Part shown: piece after piece, positions 38,818 through 49,252 of the stretch
Layout: each line of letters begins with the position of its first letter
Numbering within the stretch: position 1 is the stretch's first letter
Origin: Candidatus Zixiibacteriota bacterium
Lineage (GTDB): Bacteria; Zixibacteria; MSB-5A5; GN15; FEB-12
Direction of reading: 5' to 3'
Assembly (NCBI GenBank): GCA_022571985.1
Contig: JACZWU010000004.1
Coordinates: forward strand, 64,319-128,318
DNA length: 64,000 nucleotides
Translations under genes and position numbers: made by a program
Notes under the pieces: generated by a model
What the model saw: the letters and a program-made list of their open reading frames with translations, nothing else
Told to the model about the DNA's origin: nothing
Databases searched by the model: none

Positions 38818-41139
38818 ATGGCCAAAAATCTTGTCATAGTCGAGTCTCCTGCCAAAACTAAAACGCTCAGCCGTTTTTTGGGCAAACAGTATGTAATTAA
38901 AGCTACTGTTGGCCACATTATGGATCTGCCGAAATCAAAGCTTGGTATTGATGTAGATAACGGATTTGCGCCGGACTACGGCATTATTAAGGGCAAAGAA
39001 AAGATAATCGCGGAGCTCAAGAAAGCGGCCAAAGGAGTCGAGAATATTTTCCTGGCCCCTGACCCTGATCGCGAAGGTGAGGCTATCGCCTGGCACGTGG
39101 CGACACTTCTAAATGGCAAAGGCAAAGGCAAACCCAAAATCTACCGTATCTCTTTTAATGAAATAACCAAATCGGCCGTACTTGAGGCTATCAAGAATCC
39201 CCGCAAAATTGATATGAACAAAGTTAACGCCCAGCAGGCCAGACGTGTGCTGGATAGAATAGTTGGCTATACTGTTTCGCCGTTTTTGTGGAAGACAATC
39301 GCACGCAATCTTTCGGCTGGCCGGGTACAGTCGGTTGCTCTGCGCCTGATTTGCGAACGCGAAGCAGAGATTGATGCCTTTAAGGAAGAAGAATACTGGC
39401 AGATTATGACTAAACTTGAGACGGCCAAGCAAATCGCTTTTGAGGCACGGGTCTACAAGATTGGCGGAAAAACTGTGGGAACGCCAATAGATTCTATCAA
39501 GAACAAGATTATTGTCAAATCAGAAAAAGAAGTTAAGAAATATATCACGGAACTTCAAAAATACGATTATACCGTCAAAGAAGTCTCAAAAACCGAAAAA
39601 AGCCGCAAGCCCTATGCGCCGTTTATAACTTCGACATTGCAGCAGGAAGCTTCCAGGGTAATGGGCATTGCACCCAAACATACTATGGGCATAGCCCAAA
39701 AACTTTATGAAGGTGTAGAGCTGGGCAAGGAAGGCTCTGTCGGTTTGATAACCTATATGCGTACGGACTCGACCCGTATTGCAGAGGTGGCTATAAAATC
39801 CGTGCGGCAGCATATTGAATCAGAATATGGTAAAGATTATCTGCCAGCCAAGCCAAATATCTACAGCAAAAAGAAAGGTTCCCAGGACGCGCACGAAGCC
39901 ATTCGTCCGACTGATCTGTCGCTGACTCCTGTTAAAGCCAAAAAGTATCTGAGCGCAAAGGAACTGAAACTGTACAGTTTGATCTGGAAAAGATTCGTGG
40001 CCAGTCAGATGAACAACGCCAAATATGACGTTGAAACAGTTATTATTGAGGGCGGAAAATTCCTGCTAAGGACATCTGCTCAGAGAGTAAAGTTTGACGG
40101 TTTCTTAAAAGTATATGAAGAGACCAAAGAGCCGGATGAAAACGGCAACAGCGAAAACGGCAACAGAAAAATCCCCAGGCTCAAAAAAGGCGACGAAATC
40201 AAACTGAATGAGATTTACTCGAATCAGTCATTCACCAAACCTCCGCCGCGCTACTCCGAAGCGATGCTGGTCAAGAGGCTGGAAGCCGATGGCATCGGTC
40301 GACCTTCGACATACGCGTCAATTATTTCGACTCTGAAAGACCGTAAATATGCTGATGGCGAAAATAGAAAGCTGACACCGACCGAACTTGGCAAAACAGT
40401 CAACAGAATTCTGGTTGAGAGTCTGCCCGATATATTTAATGTCAAATTTACCGCCGAAATGGAAAAGGAACTTGATTTGGTCGAGGATGGCACTGACGAC
40501 TGGGTCAAAGTACTAAACGATTTTTATAAACCGTTTATGAAAACTATTAATTCCTTAAAAGGGCGAGAGAAGAAAATAAAAGAGTCTCTGACCGAAGAGA
40601 CCAAAATCAAATGCGAAAAGTGTAAATCAAATATGATTATTAAGTGGGGCAGAAACGGCCGTTTTCTGGCCTGCTCGGCTTATCCTGAATGTAAATCAAC
40701 CCGGCCCTTGCCGGAAGAAGAGGCCAAGTCCAAAACTGATGAAAAGTGCGAAAAGTGCGGCTCTGATATGATTATCAAAACCGGCCGCTTCGGGCGATTC
40801 ATGGCCTGCTCCGCCTACCCTGACTGCAAAAACGCCAAACCACTAACTCTGGGAATCAAGTGCCCCAAACCTAATTGTGGCGGCAAGATTGTAGAAAAAC
40901 AAACCAAGAGCCGCCGTCTGTTTTATGGCTGCTCAAAATATCCCAAATGCGATTTCGCTTCATGGGACAAACCAACAGATGTAGCATGTCCTGTCTGCAA
41001 TTATCCTTTCTTAGTTCAGAAGTCTACCAAAGCCAAAGGTGATTTCCTGCGCTGCCCCGAGTGCAAGTACGAAAAAGAACAGCCAAGCTCCGAAGCAAAG
41101 GCAGAAACAAAGAAGAAAACAAAAACTGTCACCAGCTAA
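38818..41139 (+). CDS. topA: DNA topoisomerase I
   Basis: LVIVESPAK, DPDREGEAI, SAGRVQS, ITYMRTDS, AHEAIRPT; C-terminal Cys zinc ribbons. Confidence 0.98.
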   Translation: MAKNLVIVESPAKTKTLSRFLGKQYVIKATVGHIMDLPKSKLGIDVDNGFAPDYGIIKGKEKIIAELKKAAKGVENIFLAPDPDREGEAIAWHVATLLNGKGKGKPKIYRISFNEITKSAVLEAIKNPRKIDMNKVNAQQARRVLDRIVGYTVSPFLWKTIARNLSAGRVQSVALRLICEREAEIDAFKEEEYWQIMTKLETAKQIAFEARVYKIGGKTVGTPIDSIKNKIIVKSEKEVKKYITELQKYDYTVKEVSKTEKSRKPYAPFITSTLQQEASRVMGIAPKHTMGIAQKLYEGVELGKEGSVGLITYMRTDSTRIAEVAIKSVRQHIESEYGKDYLPAKPNIYSKKKGSQDAHEAIRPTDLSLTPVKAKKYLSAKELKLYSLIWKRFVASQMNNAKYDVETVIIEGGKFLLRTSAQRVKFDGFLKVYEETKEPDENGNSENGNRKIPRLKKGDEIKLNEIYSNQSFTKPPPRYSEAMLVKRLEADGIGRPSTYASIISTLKDRKYADGENRKLTPTELGKTVNRILVESLPDIFNVKFTAEMEKELDLVEDGTDDWVKVLNDFYKPFMKTINSLKGREKKIKESLTEETKIKCEKCKSNMIIKWGRNGRFLACSAYPECKSTRPLPEEEAKSKTDEKCEKCGSDMIIKTGRFGRFMACSAYPDCKNAKPLTLGIKCPKPNCGGKIVEKQTKSRRLFYGCSKYPKCDFASWDKPTDVACPVCNYPFLVQKSTKAKGDFLRCPECKYEKEQPSSEAKAETKKKTKTVTS

Positions 41140-41202
41140 GCAGTTTTTCTCCAAATTTTATTGCATTGACGAGGCAGCTCTGAGGCAATACTTTGAAGCA
41201 GT

Positions 41203-42117
41203 ATGCTGACAGCTGTATTGACTCAATTCTTAAAATATCTCCAGGTGGGCGGCAGATATTCCGATAACACCATTGCAGCCTACCGCCGTGACTTGACTCC
41301 CTGGGTTTATTTTCTGGAAAAACAGTACCAGGAAACTCCCTCAATTTCTCAAAACGACCCGGTCTTGCTGAGGACGTATCTAAGGCAGAGAGTAGAGAAA
41401 AAAATCGGCAACCGCTCAATGGTCAGATTTTTATCGGCTCTTTCAAGTTTTCAGAAATACCTTACCAGCCGTCGCGGTTATAAAGAGTACCTGTTTGACA
41501 TTCCAAAGATGAAATTCAAGTCACCAATACCGGATTTTCTTACTCAAAAGGAAACCAGTCGCTTATTCGACAAAAAGATGCCGTCGAAGAATATGAACAA
41601 GTACCAGATGATTCGTGACTATATCATTCTGGCACTTTTGTATTCAACCGGCATCAGACGGACCGAACTAAAAAATCTGAAAGTCAGCGACATCGACCTG
41701 AAAACAGGTTTAATAACCGTGCTTGGCAAAGGGAACAAACAGCGGGTGGCGCCAATGGGAGATAATACAATTGCTGACATTAAGAGTTATCTGTCTATCA
41801 GGCAGAGTTTCTTGAAAGAGAAAAATCAAATACGAGCTGATTTGTTCTTAAATAAAACCGGTCAGGATCTTTCTGTGCGCTCAATTAATCGGCTGGTCAA
41901 TAAGTATGCCAGACAACAAGGTCTGGACTTTACGCCCCACACTCTCAGGCATTCGTTTGCCACCCACCTGCTCGAAAACGGCGCCGATTTGCTTCTGATA
42001 AAAGAAATTCTCGGTCACGCTTCGTTATCTACAACTCAGAAATACACTCACGTAACGGCAGAATCCATGAAAAAACAGTACAAGACAGCGCATCCCCGTT
42101 CGGGATTTCGCAAATAG
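41203..42117 (+). CDS. xerC: Tyrosine recombinase XerC/XerD
   Basis: TGIRRTEL, GKGNKQR, HTLRHSFATHLL, LGHASLSTTQKY; topA-xerC-hslV-hslU synteny. Confidence 0.85.
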   Translation: MLTAVLTQFLKYLQVGGRYSDNTIAAYRRDLTPWVYFLEKQYQETPSISQNDPVLLRTYLRQRVEKKIGNRSMVRFLSALSSFQKYLTSRRGYKEYLFDIPKMKFKSPIPDFLTQKETSRLFDKKMPSKNMNKYQMIRDYIILALLYSTGIRRTELKNLKVSDIDLKTGLITVLGKGNKQRVAPMGDNTIADIKSYLSIRQSFLKEKNQIRADLFLNKTGQDLSVRSINRLVNKYARQQGLDFTPHTLRHSFATHLLENGADLLLIKEILGHASLSTTQKYTHVTAESMKKQYKTAHPRSGFRK

Positions 42118-42125
42118 GAACTATT

Positions 42126-42662
42126 ATGAAAATTCGTTCAACGACAATTATTGGATTAATACATAACGGCGAAGCGGCTATGGCAGGTGACGGACAGGTC
42201 AGCTATGATGATACGATTCTAAAAACCAGAGCGTCAAAAATTCGGACTATGTACGATGACAAAATCCTTTCTGGTTTTGCAGGCGGGGCAGCCGATGCTC
42301 TGGCGCTGTATGAACTACTGGATAAAAAAATCGAAGAATTTTCCGGCAACCTGCAGCGGGCCTCGGTAGAACTGGCCAAAGAGTGGCGCACAGACAAAGC
42401 TTTGCAAAAACTTGATGCAGTAATAGCAGTAACCGACAAAGAGCATATTTTTCTCTTGAGCGGTACCGGGGATGTCATCGAGCCGGATGACGGAATTATC
42501 GCAATTGGTTCGGGCGGTTCTTATGCCTTAGCAGCAGCCAGAGCACTCTTAAAGTTTAATCCGAAATTTTCGGCGGCAAAAATTGCAGAAGAAGCACTTA
42601 GAATCGCAGCGGATATCTGTGTCTATACTAACAGCGAAATAATAGTAAAGAAGTTAAAATGA
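42126..42662 (+). CDS. hslV: ATP-dependent protease, peptidase subunit
   Basis: [22 protein letters not shown]. Confidence 0.96.
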   Translation: MKIRSTTIIGLIHNGEAAMAGDGQVSYDDTILKTRASKIRTMYDDKILSGFAGGAADALALYELLDKKIEEFSGNLQRASVELAKEWRTDKALQKLDAVIAVTDKEHIFLLSGTGDVIEPDDGIIAIGSGGSYALAAARALLKFNPKFSAAKIAEEALRIAADICVYTNSEIIVKKLK

Positions 42663-44011
42663 ATAACAGTTATCTGACTCCCAGAGAAATTGTCTCCCAT
42701 CTTGATAAATATGTTGTCGGCCAGGACAACGCCAAAAAATCAGTAGCTATAGCTCTCAGGAATCGCTGGCGCAGACAAAATGCCGACGAAGATATTCGGC
42801 AGGAAATCATGCCTAACAATATTATAATGATGGGGCCGACCGGTGTCGGTAAAACAGAAATTGCCCGCCGGCTGGCAGATTTGGCCCATGCTCCTTTTAT
42901 GAAAGTAGAAGCGTCGAAATTTACCGAAGTTGGTTATGTCGGGCGCGATGTGGAATCAATGGTGCGCGACCTGGTGGATATTTCAGTCAACATGGTCAAA
43001 CAGGAAAAATCAAAGGACTTAAAAGAAAAAGCAGAAGAAATGGCGCTGGAGAGGATTTTAGATATAATGCTGCCGCCGCCAAAAAGAAGCGCCATCGACT
43101 CAAAATCAGCTGACTTTGAAAAAGCAGACACTTTCGCCAGGACCAGAGAAAAACTTAAAAGCCGCCTGATCGAAGGCAAACTCGATAAGCGGGAGATAGA
43201 AGTCGATGCGCCGCAAAACCAGTTTCCGGTGGTTGAAATTTTCTCTCCGATGGGTATGGAAGAGCTGGGTGTTAATTTTCAGGAAATGTTTTCAGGGATG
43301 ATGCCACGCAAGACAAAAAGACGCAAGATGCCGGTCGACCAGGCTAAGAAATTCTTGGCCAACGAAGAACTAAGCAAGCTGGTCAATATGGATGAAGTCA
43401 TTCCCGACGCCCTGAATCGGGTTCAGGAATCAGGCATAATTTTTATTGATGAGATTGACAAGATTGTCGGCAGCGAAGGCAAGTCCGGTCCTGATGTCAG
43501 CCGCGAGGGAGTGCAAAGGGATATTCTGCCTATTGTCGAGGGCAGCAGTGTTAATACCAAGTATGGCCTGGTTCAGACTGACCATATATTATTTATTGCT
43601 GCCGGCGCTTTCACCTCGACCAGCCCCTCGGATTTGATTCCGGAGCTTCAGGGGCGATTCCCAATCAGGGTCGAACTTGATTCTCTGACCGCCAAGGATT
43701 TTGAACGCATTTTGACCGAGCCTAAAGCATCGCTGGTTAAACAGTACCGCGCTTTGCTAAAGTCAGAAAATGTTGAACTTGTTTTTTCGGATGCCGCTAT
43801 CAAGAAAATTGCCGAGTATGCTGAAAAGGTAAACACCGCCTCTGAAAATATCGGCGCCAGAAGACTTCATACTGTTTTGACGACACTATTGGAGGAAATC
43901 CTATTTGAACCTCCGATATCCAAAAAGAAAGTTACCATTTCTGCTAAGATGGTAGAAGACAGACTCTCCGAAATAGTTGAGAGTGAAGATTTGAGCAAGT
44001 ATATTCTTTAG
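42659..44011 (+). CDS. hslU: ATP-dependent protease, ATPase subunit
   Basis: [51 protein letters not shown]. Confidence 0.97.
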   Translation: MNNSYLTPREIVSHLDKYVVGQDNAKKSVAIALRNRWRRQNADEDIRQEIMPNNIIMMGPTGVGKTEIARRLADLAHAPFMKVEASKFTEVGYVGRDVESMVRDLVDISVNMVKQEKSKDLKEKAEEMALERILDIMLPPPKRSAIDSKSADFEKADTFARTREKLKSRLIEGKLDKREIEVDAPQNQFPVVEIFSPMGMEELGVNFQEMFSGMMPRKTKRRKMPVDQAKKFLANEELSKLVNMDEVIPDALNRVQESGIIFIDEIDKIVGSEGKSGPDVSREGVQRDILPIVEGSSVNTKYGLVQTDHILFIAAGAFTSTSPSDLIPELQGRFPIRVELDSLTAKDFERILTEPKASLVKQYRALLKSENVELVFSDAAIKKIAEYAEKVNTASENIGARRLHTVLTTLLEEILFEPPISKKKVTISAKMVEDRLSEIVESEDLSKYIL

Positions 44012-44037
44012 CTCGTTTAAAGAACGAGCCAGCGCTG

Positions 44038-44793
44038 TTACATTTGATAGACTCTTATATCGCCGAGGAAACTGTTGGCGGCTACGTAGAGTTTTGATTC
44101 CGCCTGGTCGTAGTCGGGCGTACTGAACTCAAGAGTATTGCTTAACCCGGACGATCTTTGCCCACCCAAATCAATATCTCCTATAAAATTCGAGCAGTGA
44201 CAGAAAAATGCTGTTTCTTTGGAAATGAAAATTCGGATATCACCTACGAATCCGGAAATTACAACGCGGTTAAGACCTTTGGATAAAATTCCTTCGTTAA
44301 GTATTAGTTCCAGATCACCAAGCCCCACAGAGATTTCTACATTGCTCAGGCTTCGTCCTTTGCAGTCAATGAACATATCACCGAGCACTTTATTATAGCG
44401 GAGCCTGCCGGTAGTTTCGAAATTTTGATAGTCGCTGGATTCTTGATGGGATGATTCGGTCGACTTTTTTGATTTTGGCGGAGGGGTTGGACCGGCAGGT
44501 TTGCCAGTCTCAGAAGCAGCAGCAACCGGGTCTTCAGTATATTCAGTTTTTTGGGGTTCTGGCACAGGAGAATCATAGCTTTTGGCGTCTGCATGAATGG
44601 TAACCGAAATCGTTTTGCTCTTTTCGTCCTTTTTGCGAACAATTAACCAGACCCCAAATCCTATCAGACTGAACGGAACCATAAAAGAAATTAGGTCGCC
44701 AATGTCGATCACGACAACTCCAATAGAGTCCATCAAGAAAAACAGTCCAAAAAATATTAAAAGCCCGCCTATTACAAATGTAGATTTATTCAT
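44038..44793 (-). CDS. LiaF-like cell-envelope stress membrane protein
   Basis: N-terminal TM pair, P/S/K-rich linker, beta-helix-like C-terminus (KVLGDMFID...VGLGDLEL...FVGDIRI). Confidence 0.75.
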   Translation of the reverse strand: MNKSTFVIGGLLIFFGLFFLMDSIGVVVIDIGDLISFMVPFSLIGFGVWLIVRKKDEKSKTISVTIHADAKSYDSPVPEPQKTEYTEDPVAAASETGKPAGPTPPPKSKKSTESSHQESSDYQNFETTGRLRYNKVLGDMFIDCKGRSLSNVEISVGLGDLELILNEGILSKGLNRVVISGFVGDIRIFISKETAFFCHCSNFIGDIDLGGQRSSGLSNTLEFSTPDYDQAESKLYVAANSFLGDIRVYQM

Positions 44794-44992
44794 ATTTTCA
44801 ATCTCTTAAGTTTTCTCAAATACACTTACGTAATATCAGTCCAACAGTTGCCCCTGGCAAGTATTTAGAGAAGCGGCGCCAAACCCTGACAGCTTTACTT
44901 GACATTTCGCTGATTCTCTTCTTAATTCCGCCCAATTTGCTCAGAATTAAGACTGTAACTTTTTTGACATATTTGACATAAAAGGAGACAAT

Positions 44993-45895
44993 ATGCCGCG
45001 TTCACTTTGCCAGATAACAGACTTTAGCGCAGCCGAAGTTAAAGAAATCTTTGAAATGACCAAACGCATGAAATCAGGACAGGACAGTTCCCAGCCGCTT
45101 GAAGGAAAATCGGTAGCCTGTATTTTTACTAAAGCATCACTCAGAACCCGGGTTTCTTTTGAAGTTGGTATCAGTCAGCTGGGGGGGAATGCGATCTATA
45201 TAACTGATGCCGAAATCAAGCTGGGACAGAGAGAATCTGTAGCCGACGCCGCCCGGGTACTGTCCCGATATGTTTCGATGATTATGATCAGAACTTTCAA
45301 ACAGTCTGATGTTGAAGAGCTGGCAAAATATGCTTCGGTACCAGTCATAAACGGCCTGACTGATTTGGTGCATCCCTGTCAGATTCTCGGAGACTATTTT
45401 ACGGTCTTAGAGGCAAAAAGCGAAAAAGATAGATTTATAGTTTCTTACTTAGGTGATGCTAACAACATCACCAATAGCTGGCTCAATCTGGCTTCTCTGA
45501 TACCTATGGAATTACGAATAGGCACGGCTGAAGGATTTGAGCCGGATTCAGCTATTCTCAAGCGCGCTAATGCCAACGCCGACAGCAAAATAGTCATTAC
45601 CCACGACCCTAAAGAAGCAATAGCGGGTGCCGATGTAGTATATACCGATGTTTGGGCCTCAATGGGGCAGAAACATCTGGGACAGGAAAAGGCAGAGAAA
45701 TTAAAAGGATTTCAATTGAATAGCTCTCTGCTGGCTGAGGCCAATTCTGACGCGATGGTTTTGCACTGTTTACCGGCTGAGCGGGGGAAAGAAATTACTG
45801 ACGAAGTGATGGACGGTCCCCAGTCGAAAGTGTTCGACCAGGCCGAAAACCGGCTGCATATCCAAAAAGGAATTATGAAGTTCCTTTTGAAATAG
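44993..45895 (+). CDS. argF: Ornithine carbamoyltransferase
   Basis: SLRTRVSFE, NGLTDLVHPCQ, YTDVWASMGQ, HCLPAERG, QAENRLH. Confidence 0.92.
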   Translation: MPRSLCQITDFSAAEVKEIFEMTKRMKSGQDSSQPLEGKSVACIFTKASLRTRVSFEVGISQLGGNAIYITDAEIKLGQRESVADAARVLSRYVSMIMIRTFKQSDVEELAKYASVPVINGLTDLVHPCQILGDYFTVLEAKSEKDRFIVSYLGDANNITNSWLNLASLIPMELRIGTAEGFEPDSAILKRANANADSKIVITHDPKEAIAGADVVYTDVWASMGQKHLGQEKAEKLKGFQLNSSLLAEANSDAMVLHCLPAERGKEITDEVMDGPQSKVFDQAENRLHIQKGIMKFLLK

Positions 45896-45948
45896 CACCG
45901 CCAACGGCAGGCCACAGCTGCAGGCAGAGACGAAAGGAGTATCACTCT

Positions 45949-46797
45949 ATGCGTTCTCACAAAACTTTGCTGGTTTTGGGACTTGTTGCTGTCACCGGAT
46001 TTAGTCTGCTGGTTAGCGGCTGCTCAAGCGACAGCAACTCGTCAAACCTGACACCGGGCTCTCTGACAGACCCCAATTTTGTGGCAGTTCAAAACGAAGT
46101 TAATAATCTGGTCGACTCTACTGTTTCCTATATTACAGAAGGATTGAATAATCTATTAGTACTGCCGGGTGATACCGATGTAATAATCGTATCATACGGA
46201 CCAACCCCAGGAGATTCAGTCAGCGCTGATTATGTCTATGAAAACGGCTGGCATATTGTTACCTGGACCGGTAATTTTTCAGGAAAAACGACGTCATTTA
46301 AGGACTCCATTCAATTCCTGGATAATTCTGGTCAGCCTCAGCAGGATAATAACAGCACCGAGACACTGATTTATAAACACAGGTGGGCAGAAAGTACTAT
46401 CGACACTACTGTAAGTTATACCGATTACTCGGGCGTGGTTGCTTTGACTCTGGATAATTTGGGTTCAGGCAGCGCTACTGTCAGCGGTTCTCACAGTATT
46501 GATGTATCCATAAAGATAGTAACGGTAGACTCAACTGTCTGGAGAGATATTTCTGTTGAAGGTACAGTATCAAATCTGGCCATCATCGATGTTCCTGGCG
46601 GCTGGCTGCAGAATTGTCCTTTAAGCGGCACTATCGGGGCGACTGCCAATATGACTTATACTAAAGATAGCGGTATTCCTGTAACCAGTGATTGGAGTTT
46701 CTCAATCAAGTTTACAGACGGTTTAATCAGTGTCAACGCTATTTCGGGAACCACCGCCTGGTCTTATACCGAGCAGGTATGTTTTGCTCCGTCATAA
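45949..46797 (+). CDS. Hypothetical lipoprotein
   Basis: Lipobox LVSG-C after a hydrophobic stretch; S/T/D-rich, beta-strand-like sequence. Confidence 0.75.
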   Translation: MRSHKTLLVLGLVAVTGFSLLVSGCSSDSNSSNLTPGSLTDPNFVAVQNEVNNLVDSTVSYITEGLNNLLVLPGDTDVIIVSYGPTPGDSVSADYVYENGWHIVTWTGNFSGKTTSFKDSIQFLDNSGQPQQDNNSTETLIYKHRWAESTIDTTVSYTDYSGVVALTLDNLGSGSATVSGSHSIDVSIKIVTVDSTVWRDISVEGTVSNLAIIDVPGGWLQNCPLSGTIGATANMTYTKDSGIPVTSDWSFSIKFTDGLISVNAISGTTAWSYTEQVCFAPS

Positions 46798-46822
46798 TAA
46801 GAAAAAGCATTATTGTATTATG

Positions 46823-46853
46823 AAAGCCCGGCTATCTACCGGGCTTTTTTATT
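46823..46853 (+). terminator. Intrinsic terminator
   Basis: AAAGCCCGG-ctatcta-CCGGGCTTTTTT. Confidence 0.85.
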
Positions 46854-46888
46854 TGCCCAAAATAGATTTTATAGATTCCTTTAGGCAG

Positions 46889-47329
46889 ATGAACGAGATT
46901 ATAAAATATCCCGGCTGTTTCGTATGTGGGGATGACAACAACTTTGGACTCAAAGCAAAATTTTACTATGAGAATGGTGAAGCCATAACCAGAGTTGTGG
47001 CTGATAAACGATTCGAAGGCTACCGGGGAATTTACCATGGCGGTATTATCACGTCATTGTTAGATGAAGTAATGATTAAGGCTATTTTGGCAGAAAATAA
47101 GTATGCTGTTACAGCCGAGATAAAAGTCCGTTTCAAGAAACCAATAATTACAGGGGAAAAGCTAAAAATCAGCGGACGAGTACGCAGTCGTAAGGGACGT
47201 CTTTTCTATACTGAAGCACGGGCCGTTTTACAGAATGGTGAATTGGTAGCCTCGGCTGAGGCCAAATGTATTGAAGCGAAGTCACAACTAAAAGCCGAGC
47301 TGATGAAATCAATCAGTTCGACAAATTAG
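46889..47329 (+). CDS. PaaI/hotdog-fold thioesterase
   Basis: CFVCGDDNNFGL, YHGGIITSLLDEVM, VTAEIKVRFKKP. The start is placed at ATG 46889, downstream of the terminator. Confidence 0.88.
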   Translation: MNEIIKYPGCFVCGDDNNFGLKAKFYYENGEAITRVVADKRFEGYRGIYHGGIITSLLDEVMIKAILAENKYAVTAEIKVRFKKPIITGEKLKISGRVRSRKGRLFYTEARAVLQNGELVASAEAKCIEAKSQLKAELMKSISSTN

Positions 47330-47355
47330 CTGAATTTTTGGCAGGGAAAATGGTA

Positions 47356-47610
47356 CTAACCAATACGGCTGACAACTGCAGCAAATCTGGACTTGTTTCT
47401 ATCGGCATTCTTCTTATGAATAAGGCCGTCAGCTGCCGCCCGGTCAAGAAGACGGGTTACCTGCTTGTAAAGCTTCATAGCTTCGTCTTTGCTGGTCGAC
47501 AGGCGCAATTCTTTTATAACTGCCCGGAGTCGGCTGCGTTTGCCCCGGTTGCGCTCGCGCGCTTTAGCCGAAGTTTTTACCCGCTTAATACAAGATTTAT
47601 GAAGTGGCAC
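47356..47610 (-). CDS. rpsT: 30S ribosomal protein S20
   Basis: KSCIKRVKT...RNRGKRSRLR...LIHKKNADRNKSR. Confidence 0.93.
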   Translation of the reverse strand: MPLHKSCIKRVKTSAKARERNRGKRSRLRAVIKELRLSTSKDEAMKLYKQVTRLLDRAAADGLIHKKNADRNKSRFAAVVSRIG

Positions 47611-47674
47611 TATTTTGTTCCTCTAAACATTTGTTATCTTATTTCGCCCGACAAATCTAATCTTTTATCAAAAA

Positions 47675-49252
47675 TTGTCAACAGTTAATAAAAAAGAGAG
47701 TTCTCTGGCCAAAACTGCCGGTTCCGTATCGGGGGCAACAGCTATATCCCGGGTGCTGGGGCTGGTCCGGGAACAGGTAATGGCTTTCTATTTCGGGGCG
47801 GGTATTGCCACAGACGCTTTTGTGGTGGCTTTCAGGATTCCCAACCTGCTCAGAGATATGTTTGCCGAGGGGGCCTTATCTTCGGCTTTTGTGCCTGTTT
47901 TTAAGCAAAAACTAGTGAAAGAGTCGGAAACTGAGGCCAGAAGCCTGGCAAATATTGTGGCAACTTTGATACTGCTTTTGGTTGGGCTAATTGTGCTGCT
48001 GGGGATAGTAGCGGCTCCGGCAATAGTATATATCTCGGCCAACGGATTTACATCGGATCCCTTAAAATTTGATCTTACAGTCAATCTAACCAGAATTATG
48101 ATGGTTTATCTGCTGCTTGTCTCTTTGTCTTCGCTGACGATGGGGATGTTGAACTCCTACGGAAAATTCGCCATTCCGGCCATCTCTCCGGCTCTTTTCA
48201 ATCTTGGTACAGTCCTGACTGTTCTGGTCTTTCACCGGTTTTTTGAGCAGCCTATTTTTGCACTCGCCATAGGTGTGGTTGTCGGAGGTGTGGCCCAGCT
48301 GGCAATTCAACTTCCGGCGCTTTTTAAAACCGGATACCGGTTTTATCCCAGCCTTAACTTTTTGGACGAAGGCATAAAAAGGATATCCAGGCTTTTTGTG
48401 CCCATGGTAATCGGGCTCTCGGCCGGAAGAGTCAATATTTTGGTCAGCACTCTGCTGGCATCGTTTTTAGCTGAAGGGGCCTTGTCTTACCTGAATTACT
48501 CTTTTCGATTAATGCATTTCCCTTTGGGAGTGTTTGCCGTTGCTCTGGGAACAGTTACCCTGCCAAAGGTTTCTGAACTAGTCGCCAAAAAAGATTTTGA
48601 GAACTTAAACAAGACTTTTCAGCAGGCGATCGGACTAAACTTTTTCATCGTGATACCGTCGGCAGTAGTGCTGGCTTTGATTGCGCCGATGATAATCAAA
48701 TTGATTTATCAATGGGGGGCGTTTGACGAGATTGATACTCTTAAAGTATCGCTGGCATTATTGCACTATTCCTACGGTTTGATAGGATTTGCGGTTGTAA
48801 GAGTTGTAGCTCCTTTCTATTACGCTTTTGGTGATTCCCGCCTGCCCATGCGAGTTTCTATTGTAACAGTTGTAGTCAACTTGCTCTTGTATTATCCCCT
48901 GATTCAGGTGCTGGATTTTGCCGGTCTGGCAGCGGCGACATCGCTGGCTGGACTGCTCAACGCAACTTTGTTACTCGTCTTTTTATCAACCAAGCCGATC
49001 AAAATTGACTGGGGAAAAATTCTACTGAATCTTTTCAGAGTGACCCTGGCGGCAATATTGGCCTTTTATCTGGCCAAGATTACGCACTTCAGCTTTTCAA
49101 TCGAATTAGAAGTCTTAAACAGAGCTGCCGAGCTAACTTCAATTCTTTGTATCGGGGGCGTTGCATATTTTGTTTTCTGCCTTATATTTCAGGTCTCAGA
49201 AGCCGTTAAAATCGGCAAGTGGATCCTGAAAATTATTTTCCGTAAGCAGTAG
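47675..49252 (+). CDS. murJ: Lipid II flippase
   Basis: SRVLGLVRE, DAFVVAFRIPNLLRDMFAEGALSSAFVP, RLMHFPLGVF. Confidence 0.96.
   Translation: MSTVNKKESSLAKTAGSVSGATAISRVLGLVREQVMAFYFGAGIATDAFVVAFRIPNLLRDMFAEGALSSAFVPVFKQKLVKESETEARSLANIVATLILLLVGLIVLLGIVAAPAIVYISANGFTSDPLKFDLTVNLTRIMMVYLLLVSLSSLTMGMLNSYGKFAIPAISPALFNLGTVLTVLVFHRFFEQPIFALAIGVVVGGVAQLAIQLPALFKTGYRFYPSLNFLDEGIKRISRLFVPMVIGLSAGRVNILVSTLLASFLAEGALSYLNYSFRLMHFPLGVFAVALGTVTLPKVSELVAKKDFENLNKTFQQAIGLNFFIVIPSAVVLALIAPMIIKLIYQWGAFDEIDTLKVSLALLHYSYGLIGFAVVRVVAPFYYAFGDSRLPMRVSIVTVVVNLLLYYPLIQVLDFAGLAAATSLAGLLNATLLLVFLSTKPIKIDWGKILLNLFRVTLAAILAFYLAKITHFSFSIELEVLNRAAELTSILCIGGVAYFVFCLIFQVSEAVKIGKWILKIIFRKQ

Noticed and set aside
41203-42117. 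Tyrosine recombinase as a prophage or island integrase
   Set aside because: It has the XerC-type sequence and size, sits in the conserved topA-xerC-hslV-hslU context, and has no att-like repeats or cargo nearby
46730-46888. N-terminal extension of the thioesterase in the ORF track
   Set aside because: It overlaps the lipoprotein stop and runs through a strong terminator; ATG 46889 is more plausible
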